From the NCBI GenBank assembly GCA_964355175.1, contig CAYHBZ010000002.1, positions 28,426 through 92,425 of the forward strand: a stretch of DNA of 64,000 bases, written 5' to 3'. Shown one piece after another: positions 27,965 through 36,206 of this stretch (position 1 is the stretch's first letter; each line of letters opens with the position of its first letter). The notes under the pieces are model-generated. The model worked only from the letters and a program-made list of their open reading frames with translations, made no database searches and was not told where the DNA came from. The position numbers were made by a program, and so were the translations under genes. This stretch comes from an uncultured Gammaproteobacteria bacterium (lineage in GTDB: Bacteria; Patescibacteriota; Patescibacteriia; Magasanikbacterales; GWA2-37-8).

Positions 27965-28720
27965 ATGAAAGATAAATCAATGCAAAATCGTAATCGTTTT
28001 GGTCTACTCGTCAAAGACTATGTAGCCCATCGACGCGGCTATCCCGATAAAGTCTATATGATAATTCGTGAGCACCTGCCAAATCTAGAAATAAATGCTC
28101 TTGATGTTGGCTGTGGAACGGGTATTATGACATATGTCTTAGCAACTTTTTGTCATTCAGTGATAGGTGTAGATAAAGAGGAAGAAATGGTAGAAACCGC
28201 TAAGGAAAATGCGTCCGGCAATTGCAGTTTTAAAGTCTCACCAGCCGAAATATTGTCATTCCCTGATGCTTCATTTGATCTAATTACTGTTGCCCAAGCT
28301 TTCCACTGGTTTGATCATGATAAAGCTATCAAAGAGTTTCGTCGGGTAATCCGCCCTAATGGTCTTGTTGTTATTTTGCGTAAACGAGGCAAGGATGGTA
28401 ATAAAATTTTGGCTGATTTTGTTTGGCCGGTGCTTGGCAAATATGTTGACCTTACGAGCCTGCCTAGCCAACAAAATGACTTCAGTAAGTTGAGGGACGC
28501 CGGTTTTGTTTCTTGCGAGGTGGTTGATGTGCCTTATGAAGAGCTGTATACGCCGGATGAATATATAGGATTTCTTCGCTCACATTCGGTATTTAATCTT
28601 GTGCCGCATGATCAACGTGAAGCATATTTGAATGATATAAGGTTAGAGATGGTTAAGCACCTTGAAAATGGTTTTGTAGTAATTCGTGGTATCGTGGAAA
28701 TGTGGCTATTACGCTCATAA
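27965..28720 (+). CDS. Class I SAM-dependent methyltransferase
   Basis: Y..HRRGYP, LDVGCGTG, FDLITVAQAFHWFD, RVIRPNG. Confidence 0.9.
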   Translation: MKDKSMQNRNRFGLLVKDYVAHRRGYPDKVYMIIREHLPNLEINALDVGCGTGIMTYVLATFCHSVIGVDKEEEMVETAKENASGNCSFKVSPAEILSFPDASFDLITVAQAFHWFDHDKAIKEFRRVIRPNGLVVILRKRGKDGNKILADFVWPVLGKYVDLTSLPSQQNDFSKLRDAGFVSCEVVDVPYEELYTPDEYIGFLRSHSVFNLVPHDQREAYLNDIRLEMVKHLENGFVVIRGIVEMWLLRS

Positions 28721-28842
28721 ATTGTTATAGTACTAAAAAATACTAGTTCGGATACCGTTGACGACACACCGCATAGCGCACAAACATCCAAAACTCATTT
28801 AAACAAAGGTAAATTTTTGGTTAATTAATTTTTTTTCTCACT

Positions 28843-29226
28843 ATGTCAGAACAAGGATTTCATCCTCCAGAAGCGGAGATCCAAGAACAACACGAAATTA
28901 CGAAAAGACCCGAATACGCTCAGGCATGTAAAAATACTAAACATAGTGGCGACCTGATTAGGGAGCTTCTAAAATTAGGTGTACCAAAAACAGAAGTTGA
29001 AATATTTGCACTTGCTCGATTGGAAAAAAATATTAGAGCAGGTTATGGTCTGAGCACTGTGCATAGCCTAGCTAAGCAAGGAGGCGCTATAGCCGAAACA
29101 GAAGTTGACAAGCTCTTCGAAGAAGTAAAAGCCAAAATGTTGACGGAGACACCTGCCGAAACCGAAGAGGAAAAAGCGCAGAGAGAGGCTAAAGAGCTAG
29201 AAGAGATGCTAAAATTATATGAATAA
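28843..29226 (+). CDS. Hypothetical protein
   Basis: 127-aa acidic, helical-looking ORF. Confidence 0.65.
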   Translation: MSEQGFHPPEAEIQEQHEITKRPEYAQACKNTKHSGDLIRELLKLGVPKTEVEIFALARLEKNIRAGYGLSTVHSLAKQGGAIAETEVDKLFEEVKAKMLTETPAETEEEKAQREAKELEEMLKLYE

Positions 29227-29241
29227 AAAATAATTAAGTTA

Positions 29242-29276
29242 CAAAAAAATTCCTTAAAATAAAGGAATTTTTTTGT
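29242..29276. terminator. Bidirectional terminator
   Basis: CAAAAAAATTCCTT...AAGGAATTTTTTTG between convergent genes. Confidence 0.75.
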
Positions 29277-29292
29277 ATATATTAAGTTGTTT

Positions 29293-29775
29293 TTATTTTC
29301 TTTTTAAATCAATGCCGATTTTAATTGGTATTGATGCAATCTCTTCAAAAACATCATCTTTGTTTTGTCTGGTCAATACTGAATAAGTGTATTCTCCAGG
29401 TTTGGTTAATGGGATTCCGTTGATGGAAATCACAGTTCTGAGCCTCTCTTTTCCTTCTTGAAAAAGGAAGTTGTTTGAAATCTCTTGCAGTATTTTTTCG
29501 TTTGGATCTTTGAAAATGATTTTTACAGGAAATTCAAAATTTTCATTTTTGCTTAAATTTTTCCACAAAATAACTAATTGGGATGAAAAGGGTAATGTTA
29601 TTGGTTTTGTTGGGTCAAATTTTGGATTATTTTTTAGTTTATCGAGTTCTTCCATGTTCAGCCCAAATGTTATTTCTTCTAAAATTTTAAACAAACTTAC
29701 ATTGTTTGTGCCCGCATCAACAGAAGATTCTTGGCATAAAATGGCCCAAATTGATTTAACGTTGGTCTGTTTCAT
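29293..29775 (-). CDS. DUF6941-like beta-rich protein, third gene of the TA operon
   Basis: AILCQ.S.VD..TNNVSLF.I.E...PGEYTY; overlaps the antitoxin stop. Confidence 0.65.
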   Translation of the reverse strand: MKQTNVKSIWAILCQESSVDAGTNNVSLFKILEEITFGLNMEELDKLKNNPKFDPTKPITLPFSSQLVILWKNLSKNENFEFPVKIIFKDPNEKILQEISNNFLFQEGKERLRTVISINGIPLTKPGEYTYSVLTRQNKDDVFEEIASIPIKIGIDLKRK

Positions 29776-30208
29776 ATGTAAAATAATTTAATGTAAGATA
29801 TCTTTTTGGTTTGTATTGAGGTGCATATACTAGTTCTGCATTGGCAGTATTATTTTGTAGTGAAAATACATAATTGCTTTCAAATATACTTCCTAGATCA
29901 TTATTCGAAAAACCTAGACCATCGACCAGCCTTTTTAACAAATCAATACCAATATTTACATCACCATTTTCTATGTTTGAGATTACTTTTTGAGTTGTGC
30001 CAATTTTTTTTGCCAAATCAATTTGGCTCAAGCCATTTTGTTTTCTTTTTTCGTACACCTCAACCGCCAGTCTTACTGACACCCGTGCTGATTTAGAATG
30101 CAAAGAAAAACTATTATTTTTCCTAGCTTCCGCTATTGGATCAATCATCAATTGTTTTTTATTTGTAACTTTCATAGCAACTTGGATTTCTTTTAAAATT
30201 TTCGACAT
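29756..30208 (-). CDS. XRE/HigA-type HTH antitoxin with C-terminal extension (start may be 30175)
   Basis: RKQNGLSQIDLAKKIGTTQKVISNIENG HTH, directly downstream of the toxin. Confidence 0.85.
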   Translation of the reverse strand: MSKILKEIQVAMKVTNKKQLMIDPIAEARKNNSFSLHSKSARVSVRLAVEVYEKRKQNGLSQIDLAKKIGTTQKVISNIENGDVNIGIDLLKRLVDGLGFSNNDLGSIFESNYVFSLQNNTANAELVYAPQYKPKRYLTLNYFTYETDQR

Positions 30209-30581
30209 ATACGTCGGTAATTAGATAGTATTTTTCTACTTCCTTTTTCGCTTTGTTAGTATCGTATTTATTAGATTTTTCAAAGGCGTTTAAAAGAACA
30301 ATTTTTTTATTATAGATAATGTACAGGATTCTTATTACTGTATTTTTATCTTTTCCACTTTTTATTTCAATGAAATTATGATTATGAAGTGTGCTTAAAA
30401 ATGATGCCTGTCTACCTGGATTTTCTTTTACAAATTGAATCTTCTGATCAATGGTTGCGAGTATACGATTCTTTCGGTCCGTTGTTTTTGAGGTGTCAAA
30501 TTTATTTGGTAAAAAACATTCAAGGTATTTTTTGACCGGACATATATTTAAGTCACTATCAAGATAATAAGTGACCTCCAT
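30159..30581 (-). CDS. RelE/HigB (Gp49-like) toxin
   Basis: YY...CPVKKYL...IEIKS....IRILY....KIVLLNAFEK pattern; toxin-first order. Confidence 0.8.
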   Translation of the reverse strand: MEVTYYLDSDLNICPVKKYLECFLPNKFDTSKTTDRKNRILATIDQKIQFVKENPGRQASFLSTLHNHNFIEIKSGKDKNTVIRILYIIYNKKIVLLNAFEKSNKYDTNKAKKEVEKYYLITDVYVENFKRNPSCYESYK

Positions 30582-30622
30582 ATGTTGTTGACTGTGTAAA
30601 GTGAATAAATTGGATCTTATTT

Positions 30623-30653
30623 AAATTATACCCAATTGGATATAATTTGTCAA
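30623..30653 (-). promoter_or_regulatory. TA promoter with overlapping palindromic operator
   Basis: Minus strand TTGACA-N17-TATAAT; AAATTATA-CCCAATTGGA-TATAATTT palindrome covers it. Confidence 0.8.
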
Positions 30654-30855
30654 TATTGTCTATGCACATCCGAATTATGATACTGTAGTTCTGATAACGT
30701 CAATCATACACCGCCAAGAATCACATTTCGAAAAATCAGCCGTAGTAGATTTTATTTTTCAGCATGTACTGATAAAAGGTATTCCACGCGTGTTCGGATT
30801 TGTTGGATTGTAAGATGATGCCGAGTATCAAAAGGTTTTTTTGGCGCCAAATTTT

Positions 30856-32079
30856 CTAATGTCCTTGTGCGCCGTCTTCTGTACTGCCGTCAAATACTTT
30901 TGTATTTTTGTCTCCAGCCACCTCAAGGATTCCCCATGCGCCGCGATCTAGTCTCGAAAGGGCGTGGTCTACAAGAATATATTTACCCGGCACCTCCAGT
31001 TTGAAATCAACAATAGCCGCGCCACCCGCTGGCACCAGTGTGGTTTGGACATTCTTAAACAACGCGCCTCCGATGGAGGCTTCCGGATAAACAGTATCAA
31101 AAATTTCGCCGATAACGTGAAACGACGAGATAAAATTAACTCCGCCGTTGCCAATAAATATTCTTACGGATTCACCGACATTCGCTTTCATATTGCCGAC
31201 CAACCCTTTCGTTTTGCCATTGAAAACAACATATTTGGGACGTCCGTCAAGCATTTTTTGAGCGTCGAATATTTGCAAGCCCTTTTTGCCTAAACCTCCG
31301 GTGCTATAAAACTCTCCCTGCATGACGTAAAACTCTCGGTCAACTTTGGGTAACCCCTCTTTCGGTTCCACTAAAATCAAGCCGTACATACCGTGAGCGT
31401 CGTGGGTAGCGACATTGGGGTGAGCGCAGTGATAGACATAGAGGCCAGGATTCAGTGCTTTGAACGTCATGGTTTTTGATTCTCCCGGAGCGATATTCGT
31501 AAGTACTGCCCCGCCACCCGGGCCAGTGACTGCATGGAGGTCAATGTTGTGGCTATGAATGCTGGAAGGATCGTTTTTCAGCATCAACTCAACTGTATCT
31601 CCCTCACGAACGCGGATGAATGGCCCCGGCACCGTGCCGTTGAATGTCCAGTAGTTAAAAGTCACGCCGGGAGCCATTTCGGCGATAACTTCCTTGGTCT
31701 CCAGCTCTACTTTGATATTTTCAGAATGGTTGCGATTTATTGGTGGCGGGATATCATTAGGATCGCGAGCGATGGAAGCAACTCGTTCCATATTCCCAGA
31801 TTTTGCAAAAAAGGTAACAACGTTTTTAAATGGGAGACCAGGTCCGTCAGCGGGTCCGAATGTTTTTAAGAAGAACGGATATTGCAATCGTTCCGGAAAC
31901 GCATACGGCATGAAAAGAAAAAACGATATTCCAACAAGAATGACCGAAAAAACGGCGGCAATTTTCCACGAATGAAACTTGCGGATAATCCAGAAAATAA
32001 AGAGTCCGGCGGCAACAAAAGAAATTGCCAGACCAAAAACTTGAATGAGTACGAACTTGAAGAGTGAGAGACTTTCCAT
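30856..32079 (-). CDS. nirK: Copper-containing nitrite reductase with N-terminal TM anchor
   Basis: WTFNGTVPGP, HNIDLH, YHCA...H..HGM, SSFHVIGE, LVDH: type 1 and type 2 Cu ligands and catalytic Asp/His all present. Confidence 0.93.
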   Translation of the reverse strand: MESLSLFKFVLIQVFGLAISFVAAGLFIFWIIRKFHSWKIAAVFSVILVGISFFLFMPYAFPERLQYPFFLKTFGPADGPGLPFKNVVTFFAKSGNMERVASIARDPNDIPPPINRNHSENIKVELETKEVIAEMAPGVTFNYWTFNGTVPGPFIRVREGDTVELMLKNDPSSIHSHNIDLHAVTGPGGGAVLTNIAPGESKTMTFKALNPGLYVYHCAHPNVATHDAHGMYGLILVEPKEGLPKVDREFYVMQGEFYSTGGLGKKGLQIFDAQKMLDGRPKYVVFNGKTKGLVGNMKANVGESVRIFIGNGGVNFISSFHVIGEIFDTVYPEASIGGALFKNVQTTLVPAGGAAIVDFKLEVPGKYILVDHALSRLDRGAWGILEVAGDKNTKVFDGSTEDGAQGH

Positions 32080-32168
32080 AAATTGATTAATGTTATTTTA
32101 ACAGATTTTCCATCGGAGCACCTAATACCGTGGCGATTTTTGCCACCGTACCCGATTTCATATCCCTA

Positions 32169-32420
32169 TTAATTTAAATCTTTCTTCTTCTCCTCAAATT
32201 CTTTTTTATCAATCTCGCCTTTTGCGTAGCGTTCTTTCAGGATTTCAAGCGGGGACTTGTCTTTTCCGTGCGCGGCATCAGCATGATCATGTCCACACCC
32301 GTGACCATTTCCAGAACCGCCTCTGACCAAGGCGACAATCGCCCAGATTACGAGACCCCAAAAGACGACCATAAATATCCAACCGAATCCGCCCATAGTT
32401 CCAAATCCAAAGTTCATCAT
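32169..32420 (-). CDS. SHOCT-domain membrane protein with His-rich linker
   Basis: MGGFGWIFM TM, GHGCGHDH, ILKERYAKGEIDKKEF. Confidence 0.88.
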   Translation of the reverse strand: MMNFGFGTMGGFGWIFMVVFWGLVIWAIVALVRGGSGNGHGCGHDHADAAHGKDKSPLEILKERYAKGEIDKKEFEEKKKDLN

Positions 32421-32446
32421 AAAATTGTTTGATTAGTTAATAATAT

Positions 32447-34036
32447 TTACTCCTCGACCGTAAATGTAAACATCATACCAGCTTCGATGTGTTCGAGAAT
32501 ATGACAATGAGCCATCCACACTCCCGGATTGGACATATCGATCAAAACATCCAAATATTCACCTGCTGGTACGTTGACGGTGTCCTTCCACACCAGATTA
32601 GTCTCTGGCGCGCCATTTTTATTCAGCACCAAGAAACGCTGGCCATGAAAATGTATGGGGTGTTGCATAGGGTGTGCGGAGTTGCCGTCGTTGGTAATCC
32701 GTATCTTCATCTTTTCCCCAACCTTAAACTTCCAATCAATGTCCATATTTGCATTACCGGAGTCCTGATCGATTATCTTCCACGTCACCATGTCTGTATT
32801 TGACATCGCGTTCATCCCAGCGTTGTCCGAATCATCCCATTCAATACCGCCTTTCGGCACAGTACCCATCATTTGGCCTCCGCCCATGCGAGACGGCATC
32901 CCATGAGTACCGTTACCCATCATACCGGTGTTGCCACCCAGCATATCAAGCGAGAGTTTTATGCGCTTGTCAGTCTCTTTGGCAAAAAAGGGACGAAAAG
33001 GATCAATGATCTTAATGGCCTCGACGTTATCGCGGAGAGTCTTAAATATATTCGCGTTCGAGGAGACAAGCGACTCATCTGAAACGATAATTTTTCCAAG
33101 ACGTGTTGTTGTATCGGGAGTCTTGTTTTGGATTTCGTATTCACCCGGTGCGTCAAAGCGAGTTTCAACTACGGCGCGCTCGGAAGGAGTGATGAGTACC
33201 GCATCTTTCCATTCCTCATGTTCATATGCGCCGTTATCTCCGCCGACAAGCTTCAACTTCGCTCCCTTGATGGCAAGATTAAACGGCCGGACACTCGCGC
33301 TGTTGGTGAAGTAGAAACGAATCACCTCGCCACTCTTAACCGAGAGAGTGTAGTCGGTCTCGCCATTTACGAGCATGACATTTCCAAATCGTCCCATAAG
33401 AGCGCGATCCGATCCGTCTTTGTAGAATGGCGCGATTTTCCCGTTCTCAATCAAAATGTCATCGAGGAAAACGGCAACTTCGCGGTCAACCGTGTTCCAA
33501 TAGGTCGGGCTTTCTGAAGTTACTAAGAAATTTCCATAAAGGCCGAGCTCAATGGCATAGTCATCGCGCATATGCGGGTGATACCAATACACACCGGTGT
33601 CAGGGAATGTGAGTGTGTAGGTAAACGAGTCGCCGGGCTGAACCACCTTTTGCGTCACATCAGGAACGCCGTCAAAGGCATTGGCCATGCGCACACCATG
33701 CGAATGAATAGTATTCTCCACGTCCGTATCGTTTTTAAAATTAACGGTCACCGTGGCTCCTTGTGGGATTTTCAAAGTCGGTCCCGGGATAGAGCCATTG
33801 TAGGCGAGCATTCGTACTTGGTTCCCATTGATATTCTTTTTTACAAAACTCGCTGTGAGGTCAAACGTGTCTCCATCTTTGAGTTCTATTACCTGTGTCT
33901 TCTCTGCAGATGGCAATCCCTTGATACTTGTTGAAAATGTCTGACCAGAAACAATGCCGTTATTTGATACAAAAATACCTCCGACAATTGCTACTGATAT
34001 CGCGAGTATACCAATGAGTAATGGTTTATTTTTCAT
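32447..34036 (-). CDS. Multicopper oxidase (CueO-like)
   Basis: IHSHG, WYHPH, HPIHFHG, HCHILEHIEAGM; Met-rich insert. Confidence 0.93.
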   Translation of the reverse strand: MKNKPLLIGILAISVAIVGGIFVSNNGIVSGQTFSTSIKGLPSAEKTQVIELKDGDTFDLTASFVKKNINGNQVRMLAYNGSIPGPTLKIPQGATVTVNFKNDTDVENTIHSHGVRMANAFDGVPDVTQKVVQPGDSFTYTLTFPDTGVYWYHPHMRDDYAIELGLYGNFLVTSESPTYWNTVDREVAVFLDDILIENGKIAPFYKDGSDRALMGRFGNVMLVNGETDYTLSVKSGEVIRFYFTNSASVRPFNLAIKGAKLKLVGGDNGAYEHEEWKDAVLITPSERAVVETRFDAPGEYEIQNKTPDTTTRLGKIIVSDESLVSSNANIFKTLRDNVEAIKIIDPFRPFFAKETDKRIKLSLDMLGGNTGMMGNGTHGMPSRMGGGQMMGTVPKGGIEWDDSDNAGMNAMSNTDMVTWKIIDQDSGNANMDIDWKFKVGEKMKIRITNDGNSAHPMQHPIHFHGQRFLVLNKNGAPETNLVWKDTVNVPAGEYLDVLIDMSNPGVWMAHCHILEHIEAGMMFTFTVEE

Positions 34037-34039
34037 AGG

Positions 34040-34423
34040 TTATTTTGCATTATTGATAATGGTTTGAATGATTTGGTCGATTTCTTTTGGTCTTTCGCCC
34101 AAATCGGCTTGCGGAAAAAACTGCGGCAGAATAATCGGGCGCATGCCGGAAATAACCGTCTGCCCATCTTTCGTATAGATGTTTATCTTGCATGGCAGGC
34201 AAAGACCGATCTTGATATCAATATTCAAAAACTCATTGGCAAACTTTGCGTTGCAAAACTCCACAATCTTAAACGGCTCTCGCTTGAAACCTTTCTCGGC
34301 CAATGTTGCTTCCACATCATGAGTATACAAAACCCGCATACCGGCTTTGGCAATTTCGTCTTGCACGCTCAAAACCGCCTCGTCAAAAACTTTTGTTGTG
34401 GTTGTAGTGTAATCGAATTCCAT
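34040..34423 (-). CDS. DUF302 domain protein
   Basis: HDV..TL..KG, EFCN...A, IGLCLPCKI..Y. Confidence 0.88.
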   Translation of the reverse strand: MEFDYTTTTTKVFDEAVLSVQDEIAKAGMRVLYTHDVEATLAEKGFKREPFKIVEFCNAKFANEFLNIDIKIGLCLPCKINIYTKDGQTVISGMRPIILPQFFPQADLGERPKEIDQIIQTIINNAK

Positions 34424-34428
34424 AAATG

Positions 34429-34701
34429 TTACTTATTTGATAAATTATAGATTCTGATTAATTCTTTGACAGCCTTCTCGTCCTCGCCTTTACTCTGCAT
34501 TTGATGTTTTACATGGGAACGGAGGTGGTTTTCCAAAAGAAAGCTGTCAAGACTTTTGAGCGACCTTTGAATAGAGAGTGATTGCTCCAGCAGGGTAGGG
34601 CAATACTCCTCTTTCTCAATAGCCTTGATAAGTCCGTCAAATTGACCTTTGAGGATCTTCGCTCTATGAAGAGCGCGGTTTTTTAATTTTTGGTCAACCA
34701 T
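34429..34701 (-). CDS. CsoR/RcnR family metal-sensing repressor
   Basis: R.KILKGQ..GL..AIE.EEYC...L.Q...LLENHL.SH. Confidence 0.9.
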   Translation of the reverse strand: MVDQKLKNRALHRAKILKGQFDGLIKAIEKEEYCPTLLEQSLSIQRSLKSLDSFLLENHLRSHVKHQMQSKGEDEKAVKELIRIYNLSNK

Positions 34702-34742
34702 AGTTTTTGGGTAATTAATAATAGATGTCCACCTACATATAT

Positions 34743-34771
34743 AGTATATACCCCTATATCCTATAAATCAA
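34743..34771 (-). promoter_or_regulatory. Promoter with G-tract operator-like site upstream of the CsoR-family gene
   Basis: Minus strand TTGATT-N17-TATACT; TATA-GGATATAGGGG-TATA in the spacer. Confidence 0.6.
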
Positions 34772-34856
34772 TTACTTTACCCTTGTTGCCATAAAGTTTT
34801 TGACAAAGATATATTTATGTATTATAATTATCAACGCTAAAGACTCAGATATTTCT

Positions 34857-35219
34857 ATGCAAAAGTGGCTATTCAAATCTATTAAACTTCTCACATTAGT
34901 CATTTTTATTTTTGGCACTTTTTCGCTTTGTATTGCGCATACAACTACTGAACCTGTGGAACAGACTATCGCTATATCTGCGCTGGATACCAATGATAAT
35001 CACTGCTGTGGGGGTAAAAAATTGTCGGAAAAACGAACTCTTCTTAATAAAACAAGAATCAGTCAATTACATAATGAAAAGACAGAAAAGTTACCATTAG
35101 CTATATTACCACAACGCCTTATTCCTTCCGTACGGTTGAGTGAATGGCCTGGACCACAGAGAGAGCAATACCACTCTCTTAAAACACAACAACAATTATC
35201 AATGGTCATGCGCTCGTAA
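34857..35219 (+). CDS. Hypothetical exported protein with HCC motif
   Basis: Signal-like N-terminus from ATG 34857; NHCCG; first gene of the efflux unit. Confidence 0.5.
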   Translation: MQKWLFKSIKLLTLVIFIFGTFSLCIAHTTTEPVEQTIAISALDTNDNHCCGGKKLSEKRTLLNKTRISQLHNEKTEKLPLAILPQRLIPSVRLSEWPGPQREQYHSLKTQQQLSMVMRS

Positions 35220-35283
35220 ATTTTGTTTAAAACAATAATCTTTTGGTTATTGTTTTTTTTTGTTTTTAAAAATAATTTTTATT

Positions 35284-36198
35284 ATGAAAAAATTTATATT
35301 TATTATCGCCGCTCTTATGCTCGTTGGGGCAGGATGCGCCTCGCAAAAAACGCCCGCTAACGAAGCCGTCCCTACAGCTGATCAAGGAAGCGCTGTAAAT
35401 AGTGGTGCTAACTCAGACAAAGAACATGCTAAGGCCGGACATTTATCTACAGTAGCAGGCAGTCGTATTGAATTAGACAATCAAAATAGTTTTAAACCAG
35501 GCGAAGTAACATTTAGTTTTAAGCTGTACGGATTAGACGGTCACGAATTTGGGCCAAACGATTTAAAAGTTGAACACGAAAAGAAAATGCATTTCTTAAT
35601 GGTGCGGGATGATATGACAGGTTTCCAGCACACTCATCCAGAATATGCTAACGGAAAGTGGTCGGTAAAAACTGCCTCAATAGAACAAGGTGAGTACCAG
35701 CTCTATGTTGATATTGCCCCTGAGGAAGAGAAGGCTATTGTGCTACGCGTTCCCGTAACTATCGGTGGACAAACGGTAACTAAAAATTTTCCAACCCCAA
35801 ATACTGATCTTTCAGCTCAAGATAGTGCTTACCGCGCTGTTCTAACAACAGATGGTATCTTAAAAACCAACGAACACAACACGCTTACTTTCTCCGTAAC
35901 CAGCAATGGCCAACCAATAAAAAATATTGATCCTTACTTGGGTGCCTATGGCCATGTGGTTTTACTTCGTCATAATGATCCAGACGATTTTTTTCACGTT
36001 CATCCTATTACCGAAAACAAACCAGTTGACGGTAAAGTTCAGTTTGAAGCTCAGTTCCCGGTTAAGGGCCGTTATACGCTGTATGCTCAGTTTAATATTG
36101 GCGGCTCAGTAAAGACATTTCCAATCACTCTTGATGTTAACGAACAAGGTCAGGACAGTGATACTTCTCATGGACATGACACCAAGGCAAAAGAATAA
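35284..36198 (+). CDS. His-rich putative metal-binding lipoprotein
   Basis: Lipobox GAGC; HEKKMH...HTHP and YLGAYGHVV...HVHP duplicated domain. Confidence 0.8.
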   Translation: MKKFIFIIAALMLVGAGCASQKTPANEAVPTADQGSAVNSGANSDKEHAKAGHLSTVAGSRIELDNQNSFKPGEVTFSFKLYGLDGHEFGPNDLKVEHEKKMHFLMVRDDMTGFQHTHPEYANGKWSVKTASIEQGEYQLYVDIAPEEEKAIVLRVPVTIGGQTVTKNFPTPNTDLSAQDSAYRAVLTTDGILKTNEHNTLTFSVTSNGQPIKNIDPYLGAYGHVVLLRHNDPDDFFHVHPITENKPVDGKVQFEAQFPVKGRYTLYAQFNIGGSVKTFPITLDVNEQGQDSDTSHGHDTKAKE

Positions 36199-36206
36199 CT
36201 AACAAT

